This document shows, one piece after another, positions 54,257 to 64,000 of a DNA stretch of 64,000 nt. The notes beneath the pieces were generated by a model. That model made no database searches. It was not told the origin of the DNA and worked only from the letters and a program-made list of their open reading frames with translations. The stretch lies in NCBI GenBank assembly GCA_964016885.1, contig OZ024740.1, forward strand, positions 63,364,001 to 63,428,000. Direction: 5' to 3'. The DNA is from Eledone cirrhosa (Eukaryota). A program made the translations under genes and the position numbers. Every line of letters begins with the position of its first letter. Position 1 is the stretch's first letter.

Positions 54257-54489
54257 AGAAAGAACTGGTCCCAAGTCTTTTGGAACAATTTAAGACAATG
54301 CATTGTGCATTGGCAGTGAACGGTGTCTATAAACCAACTTGATGAAAGCAATGAACATGTTTTGACCTTATTAGATATCTAATAAGGTCAAAACATGTTC
54401 ATTGCTTTCATCAAGTTGGTTTATAGACACCGTTCACTGCCAATACATTGTCATAAATTGTTCCAAAAGACTTGGGACCAGTTCTTTCT
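54257..54489. repeat. Near-perfect palindrome (perfect 68-bp arms at 54309-54444, no spacer)
   Basis: Centre ttagat|atctaa. It extends outward past one small indel and a mismatch to agaaagaactggtcccaagtc / gacttgggaccagttctttct. Confidence 0.92.
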
Positions 54490-54747
54490 GAAGGCACATG
54501 GCTTAGTGGTTAGAGCATTGGCCTTGCAATCGAAAGGTTGTGAGTTCAATTCTCAGACCGGGTGATGTGTTGTTTCATTGAACAAGACACTTTATTTCAC
54601 ATTGCTCCAGTTTCCTCAGCTGTAGAAATGAGATGATAGGGACTGGGGTCCCTATCATTCAACTGCAAAGTGGTCGTGGAGGTGCCACGGCAAAAAAGCA
54701 CCCAGCACTCACTGTAAAATGAGGTTGGTGTTAGGAAGGGCATCCAG

Positions 54748-57067
54748 ACGAACTTAAGGATAGATTTTACGAGTCCCTAATGCACACTACTGCTCTAACA
54801 AACGACAATGACTTCCTTATCATCGCAGGAGATTTTAATGGACACATAGGTACACATTGTGACGGCTTCAATGGAGGCCATGGGGTTGGCACAAGAAATG
54901 AAGAAGGATTCAGACTTCTAGAATTCTGCGACGCCAATGACATGTCGATATGTAACACAAACTTCAAAAAACCCGACAACCACCTGATCACCTATAGATC
55001 AGGGGAGCATTCTAGTCAGATAGATTTTATCCTCATCAGAGGACGTGACAGAAGGACGGTCGTAAACACAAAAGCCTTCCCTAGTGAAGAATGTACCTCC
55101 CAACATAGCTTAGTTGTCAGCGACCTCACAGTCAGAACTAGACAAACCTGGAAACAGAGGCCAACCTGGAGAAGAAAGATCTGGAAGCTGAAAGACCCCT
55201 CAGCCAGTAACAGATTTAAAGATATTTTACTCAACGCCTACGACAGTAAAGAAGAACAGATAGAGACATTCAATGTAGAAGAGCACTGGGAGTTCCTAAA
55301 AAAAATAACTTACTAGAGGCGACAGATGAGGTCTGTGGCTGGAGTAAGACCACAAGCAGGAGGAGAGTGACTTGGTGGTGGAACAATAAGGTAGATGAGG
55401 CAGTTAAGGCCAAGAGACAGGCATGGAAAGAATGGAAGAACGGGGGGAGCAGGGTACATTACATAGAGACCAAGAGGGAAGCAGAGGATAGAAAATTCAA
55501 GCATGTTTTGCAACGTGAGGACCAGAAACAGGAGGTGTTCAAGATTGCGAGGCAGTGTGTCAGAGAGAATTGTGATGTCATTGGAGAGAAGTGTATCCGG
55601 AATGATAAAGGTGAGCTTGCCCTCACAAGTGCTGAGAAGAAAGATGCATGGAAGAGTCATTATGATAGATTACTAAATGAGGAGAATGCATGGGAAGAAG
55701 AGACCCTACCCCAAGTAGACCCTATAGAGGGGCCAGCAGTACAAGTCAGCAGCAGCGTAGTAAGTAAGGCAATCAAAAATATGAAGATGGGGAAGGCAAC
55801 CGGTCCATCGGGTATAGCTGCCGAGATGCTGAAGGCATCTGGGTCTGTAGGTCACACTATAACCACACGTATTGTTAACCAGGTAATACTAGAAGGTGTC
55901 ATACCAAAAGATTGGTGCAGTAGCATCATTGTCAACTGCTACAAAGGTAAAGGTGATGCACTCGATAGAGGAAACTATAGAGGTATAAAGCTGATGGACC
56001 AGGTCATGAAAGTAACAGAGTGAGTTATAGCACAGTTGATTAGGGACCGGGTGAAACTAGATGAGATGCAATTTGGGTTTGTACCAGGAAGAGGCACCAC
56101 TGATGCCCTCTTCGTTGTGAGGCAGTTACAGGAAAAGTACCTAGCTAAAAGTAAGCCACTCTACCTGGCATTCGTCGATCTCGAGAAAGCCTTTGACAGA
56201 GTTCCACGTGCTGTAATCTGGTGGGCTCTTAGAAAACTAGGAGTAGATGAATGGCTTGTGAAAGCTGTACAAGCCATGTATAGGGGAGCAGTCAGCAAAG
56301 TTAGGATTAGCAATGAGTATAGTGAGGAATTTAGCGTACAGGTTGGGGTCCACCAGGGCTCTGTTCTTAGCCCTCTCCTGTTCATCATAGTCCTGCAGGC
56401 AATAACGGAGGAGTTTAAGACCGGATGCCCATGGGAACTCCTGTATGCTGATGACCTCGCACTTATAGCTGAATCTATGGTAGAACTAGAGAAGAAATTC
56501 CAAACTTGGAAGCAGGGACAAGAAAAAAAGGGTATCAAAGTCAACATGACAAAGACTAAGGTCCTTGTAAGTAGACAAGAAAACAGAACCCAGATCCCCT
56601 CAGGGAAATGGCCTTGCTCAGTATGTAGGAAAGGTGTAGGTAGGAACTCCATTCTCTGCCCCAAATGCAAACAATGGGTACACAAGAGATGTAGCGGGAT
56701 CTCAGGAAGCTTAATTAAGAATGTAGGCTTCACATGCAGCAGCTGTACTGGGACAGCAAGCAGGAAACAAGTACCACCAATCTCTGAGAGGGCTCTGTAG
56801 AGACAGTAGACAGCTCCTGCTACCTAGGTGACCGAATTAGCAGCGGAGGTGGGTGTTCAGAAAGTACTATAGGGTAAGAACGGGATGGAAGAAGTTCAGG
56901 GAACTACTACCACTGCTAGCTGCAAAAGGCTTCTCCCTCAAAATGAAAGGCAGACTGTATGATGCGTGTATCTGAACAGCAATGTTACATGGTAGTGAGA
57001 CCTGGGCGCTGAAGGTGGAAGACTTACGTAGATTAGAGAAAAACAAAGCCTGCATGCTCCGATGGAT
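54748..57067 (+). mobile_element. RTE LINE internal copy (EN to RT to PHD), truncated at both ends, with frameshifts and stops
   Basis: ORFs 54780-55316, 55367-56023 and 56036-56800 are highly similar to the 59534-62792 copy. Confidence 0.92.
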
Positions 57068-58015
57068 TGTTTATAGACAAGGTTCACCCTTTAACATTTA
57101 CATTACTCTATATTTACTATTGTATTTTCACAGTAAACACTTTATTTAACATAAATAGTATCAAAGAGATTTTGGTATTATTTATTTTAAGAACAATACC
57201 ATAACATAAGTATGAGCAACCAGTTATGGTTGGTTTGAACAGAAAAAGGTGAGAGAATTCTGGTTGGATACAGCTAGTTTAAATGCTAAAGGGTTAAATC
57301 ACTTTATTTCACATGGAAACCATAAATCAGTAGCTCAATATTTTATATTACTCAGCTTGCTGCAATTTTACATTTTGTTTAGTCAGAGAGTGAAGAGCAG
57401 TGTCCATGGCCCTTATAAGGCCTCCAATATAGGTGTAAGGAAAGATCAATGTATCCTCAAACTGGAACTCTGTGGGCTTTGCTAAGACCACTCAAATCTC
57501 AATTGCTGGTGTTAAACTGGGCAACAGGTTAAGTCTACCACCCAAGTAGGCCACAGCTGGATTTGAGCTCAGAATACAAAAAGCCTGAACAAATACCACA
57601 AAACATTTTATTTATTACTCTAACAATATTGTATTGTAGGGCATTTAAAGAGCCATGGTCACTGCTCTTCACTCCCTGACTAAACAGTAAAAATAAATAA
57701 AAAATAAAAAATACCCATTCAGTAAAATAATAGGCACAGTGGATCCAGTTAGATTTAAATACAAAGATTGGTACTGTATTTTAGTGACTTTGAAAGACAA
57801 AGTTAACCTTTATAGGATTTCAACTCAAAACACATTTAGCTATTTTGCAGCCTATATGTAGTAATCCTGTAAAATGTATCATGTACCTTTTTTTACTTAT
57901 AAATTTCTTCCAACTTGCTATAGTTTCTAGAAATATGAACACATTTTTCAGTTTGTTGAATATATTTTAATTAATGCTAAGCAAATATTAATATCTCCTG
58001 TCATGATCTTTACAG

Positions 58016-58138
58016 GCATGGTCATCAATAGTTTACCAATTAATTCCAAATGTACACCAGCTTGAAACCAATTTAGCCCATTTTGCAGATGCTATTGATG
58101 CTGAAGAAATTTTGCTGTTTGAAAGAGCAACATTCCTT
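58016..58138 (+). CDS. RRAGA: Rag GTPase A/B exon 6
   Basis: acag|. Encodes [41 protein letters not shown], then |gtaaga. Confidence 0.97.
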
Positions 58139-59533
58139 GTAAGACAAACCTATTTTTTTCTCTTACTTCCCCTCTCTCTTCTATTGCCACTATCCTTCTC
58201 TTTTTCTCTTGTCTTCCTCCCCACCCTTTCTCTCTCTTTTTGCCCCAAACACCTCTGGTCTGGTGAAACAAAACCACTTTTTAAAGGGTTCTTATTTAAA
58301 TTAAAATCTTCCAATATAATTTGATGTAAAAACTCTTCGTTAATAAGGAAATAATTAATAATTTTAATAAGTTCAAATTCTTGATTAATTAATTAAAATA
58401 GTTATTTTATTAGAAATATGGCCACGAAAGTATTAAGAGTAAATTTGACTGCCCTAATGGCTTCTTCTCATCCTCCATGTTGAGTTGCATCATTCTACAA
58501 TTGTATTATAAATTTTAAACATACGCTATTTTGTTCACTTTTTCTATATTTTTCGACTATAAGTATACATAATTTAGGGTCAGTTTTTTATCATATTTTA
58601 TGACCTGCTCCCTAATGGAATGTCATTGGCTAAGTCATAAAATCTACAACAAAAAATTTTGCAACTAATGATAATGACAAAAGCGGATGGAATTGTTTCT
58701 AATTTCAGAACAAGGCTAGCAATTTGGGGAGAAAGAAAAGTTGATTATGTCAACCCCAAATATTTGACTGGTACTTGATTCTATCAACCTCAGCAGGATT
58801 TGAACTCAGAACGCAAAGAACTGAAACAAATATTGCTAAGCATTTGTCCAACAATAGAGCATTCATTTGCCAAAGTGAATAAATAAAGCCCATATGTGGT
58901 TTAAGTGGCTAATATGTCTTAATGTAAAATGAACACATAAGTTTTAGGGAAAAGTCTTGCGGACCCTGAAACTCATTAGGCTAGAGTTTATCTCAGTTTC
59001 ATGTAGCTTTAAGCAACTGAAAGTATAAGAATCCCTTCTAGCTACTCATTTTGAACTGAGTAAACTGAAGCAACATTGAAAAGGCATTCTTTGCTCAAAG
59101 ACAGTGTACCACATAGTCTGAGAATTGAACATACTTCCTCTGTCACTAATTATTCTCAACATATCTTCCAGGCATTAGTATTAATATTATTTTTATTTCA
59201 TTTCTTTTTCATTGACCCCCACCATTTATGGTGCCAATGCTTATCTATTTCTGTAACTTTAAGTAAATGACTGATAAATCTGTTCTGGAAGAGCACTGCA
59301 GTGCAGTCTACTTTTTTTCTGAATGGAATTAGACTTAAAACCTGTAGGTCAACAGATCATTTATCAAATTTATAGTTCTTTTGCTGCTACCAGCATAGAA
59401 TTATACGACTCAGTGATACCTGCTTCCAGTAAAGTAGATTGTGTCATTGAGAGCCTAAATTTCTTTCTCATGTACCCATCATAGTGATATTGATCAGAAA
59501 GAAATTGTTAAACTTTTAGTTGTGTTATCCTGT

Positions 59534-62500
59534 GTTGATGTATGCTGTGTGCAAGAGACTAGATGGAGAGGAGGGTCTGCTAGAGTCCTTGTAGGAAAAA
59601 GCCAGTGCTACAAATTTTTCTGGGTGGGAAATGACGATGGGATGGGTGGTGTAGGTATACTATTAGCTGACAAGTGGGTAGATAAAGTAATCTCAGTGTA
59701 CAGGGTAAATGCAAGAATCATTAAACTCAGACTAGTCCTGAATAAGACAATTACCACAATAATATCAGCTTACGCACCCCAATCGGGGCTGCCAGACGAA
59801 CTTAAGGATAGGTTTTACGAGTCCTTAATACACACTACTGCTCTAACAGACGACAAGGACTTCCTAATCATTGCAGGAGATTTTAACGGACACGTAGGTA
59901 AACACTGCGACGGCTTCAATAGAGTACATGGAGGCCATGGAGTTGGCACAAGGAATGAGGAAGGATTCAGACTTCTAGAATTCTGCGACGCCAATGACAT
60001 GTCGATATGTAACACAAACTTTAAAAAACCCGACAACCACCTGATCACCTATAGATCAGGGGAACACTCTAGTCAGTTAGATTTTATCCTCATCAGAGGA
60101 CGTGACAGATGGACGGTCGTAAACACAAAAGCCTTCCCTAGTGAGGAATGTACATCCCAACATAGCTTAGTTGTCAGCGACCTCACGGTCAGAACTAGAC
60201 GAACCCGGAAACAGAGGCCAACCTGGAGAAGAAAGATCTGGAAGCTGAAAGTCCCCTCAACCAGTAACAGATTTAAAGATATTTTACTCAACGCCTACGA
60301 CAGTAAAGAAGAACAGATAGAGACATTTAACGTAGAAGAGAACTGGGAGTTCCTAAAAAATAACTTACTAGAGGCGATGGATGAGGTTTGTGGCTGGAGT
60401 AAGACCTCAAGCAGCAGGAGAGTGACTTGGTGGTGGAACAATAAGGTAGATGAAGCAGTCAAGGCCAAGAGACAGGCATGGAAAGAATGGAAGAACGGGG
60501 GGAGCAGGGTACATTACATAGAGACCAAGAGGGAAGCTAGGCGACAAGTATACTTAGCTAGGAGGGAAGCAGAGGATAGAAAATTCAAGCATGTTTTACA
60601 ACGTGAGGACCAGAAACAGGAGGTATTCAAGATTGCGAGGCAGTGTGTCAGAGATAGTTGTGATGTCATTGGAGAGAAGTGTATCCGGAATGATAAAGGT
60701 GAGCTTGCCCTCACAAGTGCTGAGAAGAAAGATGCATGGAAGAGTCATTATGATAGAATACTAAATGAGGAGAATGCATGGGAAGAAGAGACCCTACCCC
60801 ACGTAGACCCTATAGAGGGACCAGCAGTACAAGTCAGCGGCAGCGTAGTAAGTAAGGCAATCAGAGATATGAAGATAGGGAAGGCAACCGGTCCATCGGG
60901 TATAGCTGCCGAGATGCTGAAGGCATCTGGGTCTGTAGGTCACACTATAACCACACGTATCGTTAACCAGGTAATACTAGAGGGGGCCATACCAAAAGAT
61001 TGGTGCAGTAGCATCATTGTCAACTGCTACAAAGGTAAAGGCGATGCACTAGATAGAGGAAACTATAGAGGTATAAAGTTGATGGACCAGGTCATGAAAG
61101 TAACAGAGTGAGTTATAGCACAGCTGATTAGGGACCGGGTGAATATAGACGAGATGCAATTTGGGTTTGTACCAGGGAAAGGCACCACTGATGCCCTCTT
61201 CCTTGTGAGGCAATTACAGGAAAAGTACCTAGCTAAAAGTAAGCCACTCTACTTGGCATTTGTCGACCTTGAGAAAGCCTTTGACAGAGTTCCACGTGCA
61301 GTAATCTGGTGGGCTCTTAGAAAACTAGGAGTAGATGAATGGCTTGTGAAAGCTGTACAAGCCATGTATAAGGGAGCAGTCAGCAAAGTTAGGATTAGCA
61401 ATGAGTATCGCGAGGAATTTAGCGTACAGGTTGGGGTCCACCAGGGCCCTGTTCTTAGCCCTCTCCTGTTCATCATAGTCCTGCAGGCAATAACGGAGGA
61501 GTTTAAGACCGGATGCCCATGGGAACTCCTGTATGCTGATGACCTCGCACTCATAGCTGAATCTATGGTAGAACTAGAGAATAAATTCCAAACCTGGAAG
61601 CAGGGACTAGAGAGAAAGGGCCTCAAAGTCAACATGACAAAGACTAAGGTCCTTATAAGTAGACGAGAAAACAGAACCCAGATCCCCTCAGGGAAATGGC
61701 CTTGCTCAGTATGTAGGAAAGGTGTAGGTAGGAACTCCATTCTCTGCCCCAAATGCAAACAATGGGTACACAAGAGATGTAGCGGGATCTCAGGAAGCTT
61801 AATTAAGAATGTAGGATTCACATGCAGCAGCTGTGCTGAAACAGCAAGCAAACAGCCACAGGAAACAAGTATCACCAATCTCTGGGAGGGCCCTGTAGAA
61901 ACAGTAGACAGCTTCTGCTACCTAGGTGACCGAATTAGCAACGGAGGTGGGTGCTCAGAAAGTACAATAACTAGGGTAAGAACGGGATGGAAGAAGTTTA
62001 GGGAACTACTACCACTGCTAGCTGCAAAAGGCTTCTCCCTCAGAATGAAAGGCAGACTGTATGATGCGTGTATCCGAACAGCGATGTTGCATGGTAGTGA
62101 GACCTGGGCGCTGAAGGTGGAAGACTTACGTAGATTAGAGAGAAACGAAGCCTGCATGCTCCGATGGATGTGTAACAGTAATATACGTGAACAACAAAGC
62201 ATAAATGAATTGAGAGAGAGACTGAGCATAAGAGGAATCAAATGCTGCGTGCAGGAGAGGCGGTTACGCTGGTATGGACATGTGATGCGTATGAAGGATG
62301 ACAGCTGCATAAAAAGGTGCAGAGCACTAGAAGTTGATGGAAACCGCGGAGTGGGGAGACCCAAGATGACTTGGGATGAGGTGATAAAAGCCGACCTTAC
62401 CCAACTACACCTCTCAAAGACAATGACACACGACCGTGACTTCTGGCGTCACGCAGTAATACAGGGTACCCGACCTCCCATGGGTACATGCTGAAGCATA

Positions 62501-62792
62501 TAAACAATATGCCCCCACTCCCCCCACCGCAAGGTGGTCGTGGAGGTGCCACGGCAAAAAAGCACCCAGCCCACACTGTAAAGTGGACGTGTAGGCGCCA
62601 CGAAAAAGCACCCAGCACTCACTGTAAATGAGGTTGGTGTTAGGAAGGGCATCCAGCTGTAGAAATCAAGCCAGATCAGTTCCTGTATGAGCAAGGCATG
62701 GTCAGCCGACCAGACACTGCCCACAACAGGACAACCCGTCTAACCCATGCTAGCGTGGAAGAACGGACGTAAAACGGTGATGATGATGATCC
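59534..62792 (+). mobile_element. Young, near full-length RTE-clade LINE (APE + RT + PHD finger) with one in-frame stop
   Basis: Motifs VQETRW, GDFNGH, NYRGIKL, DLEKAFD, YADD and a C4HC3 finger, with a (GAT)n tail. Putative TSD TATCCTGT at 59526-59533 and 62793-62800. The single TGA is at 61109-61111. Confidence 0.95.
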
Positions 62793-62918
62793 TATCCTGT
62801 TGACTTCACCTTCCACAGTTATTTCTTTCTTCAGTCCAGAAGGATCACTGCTTTTTCTGACAATGAGTTTCATAAAGGTTGTTCATAAGGAAACTTTGAG
62901 TACTGCAAAATTGATATA

Positions 62919-63442
62919 CCATTTATACCGGCGTACAAGTCAATCCGGTGCATAGGTCGACCTCTAAAATTCTGAGGTGTAATTCAGGTTTAGGTCTATA
63001 TTTGCTGGATAAGATACCCCCCCCCCCCCAAATAACGCAATTGCAGGGGAAATAATTCAGAAAATTTAGTGGCGCGCTAAAGGCTAAAACACTTCGTCTA
63101 GAACACTTCAGTTGCAAGTGAATTCTAACTCACTGAGTAAACCAGCCTAGCCTAACCTTAACAAACCTATGATAACCTACCCTATGAGCTACGGCAAGTC
63201 ATTGATATTATTATAATCTCTACGTTAAATAGACTTAACAAATATGAGATTCAGTAGGAAATAATTGTGATGGGCTACTAGAATTATTGTAAGTGGTGTA
63301 CAACAAGTGTTAGGCAGGCAGTTTCACTGTTTACCCCTCAGTGGTAAAGGGTCACATTTTATATTCGGCAGACAAGTCGACCCCTGGTTTTGGAGAGATA
63401 TTTTTAGGCTCCAAATGTCGATTTGTACGCTGGCATATATGG
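62919..63442. mobile_element. Tc1/pogo-type MITE
   Basis: TA|ccatttataccggcgtacaa ... ttgtacgctggcatatatgg|TA, imperfect TIRs. Confidence 0.6.
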
Positions 63443-63689
63443 TAGTTTTAATATCTAATGGGGATAATTATATCAAATGATATTTTTTTCATATTACCAT
63501 GTTTTTTGTATTGTTTGGTTTATTGTTTTATTGTTTCTCCTTAACTGCTTAGTGGGGGAAAGAAGAGTAGCACTTGCAAGAAAAAAGAGGAGACGATAAA
63601 AAAAACGAGCTATGATTATTATAACCATCAGTTTTGATGGTACCAATATGCAAGCTCTAAGGATTAATAAATAAACTTTGCTTTTGTAG

Positions 63690-63897
63690 GTGATCTCTTA
63701 TTGGCAGAGGAAGCCTCACCGTGATGTGCACAGGTTTGAGAAAATCAGCAATATAATCAAACAATTTAAGTTGAGTTGTACGAAGGTTGCTGCCTCTTTT
63801 CAAAGTATGGAAGTACGTAATTCACGCTTTGCTGCTTTTGTTGACGCTTTCACTTCCAACACTTACGTAATGGTCATCATGGCTGATTCTTCAATCA
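63690..63897 (+). CDS. RRAGA: Rag GTPase A/B exon 7 (roadblock/C-terminal domain); the gene continues past the window
   Basis: gtag|. Encodes [69 protein letters not shown]+A, then |gtaagt. Confidence 0.97.
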
Positions 63898-64000
63898 GTA
63901 AGTATTAAACAACCGCTTTGATTTTTTGTAAGCAATCATCTTTTTGTCTTTTGTTAGATTCCTTTTAGTACACTTACATGCATGTGTATAGTTGTCATTA

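Noticed and set aside
56161-62364. Long antisense ORFs over the RTE copies (e.g. 56161-56733, 61249-61878)
   Set aside because: They are shadows of the RT frame with no recognisable domains.

Overview
This is AT-rich, repeat-dense eukaryotic (animal) DNA. The SINE, RTE and microsatellite content suggests a mollusc, probably an octopus-like cephalopod; this is inference only. One host gene is clear: a + strand Rag GTPase A/B ortholog (RRAGA/RRAGB, the mTORC1 amino-acid-sensing GTPase). Seven coding exons join with consistent GT-AG phases: 22689-22700, 46712-46811, 48684-48750, 49816-50038, 53330-53425, 58016-58138 and 63690-63897. The last exon(s) lie beyond the window. The rest is mostly transposon-derived: a near full-length decayed Tx1/L1-clade LINE, RTE LINEs with a PHD-type finger, CR1/L2-like, R4-like and CRE-like remnants, a Penelope GIY-YIG remnant, mariner and Chapaev-like remnants, Helitron-like elements, MITEs and two tRNA-derived SINE families. 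Five observations stand out. (1) A candidate alternative first exon would add a 100-aa N-terminus in frame to RagA. (2) Several hammerhead ribozyme motifs occur, one inside a perfect 142-bp-arm palindrome in RagA intron 1. (3) Two diverged RTE copies share the same in-frame TGA. (4) Near-identical inverted repeats bracket RagA exons and could form dsRNA or circRNA. (5) A SINE family shares its 3' end with the RTE LINE. Repeat boundaries were read by eye and are approximate unless a junction is quoted.
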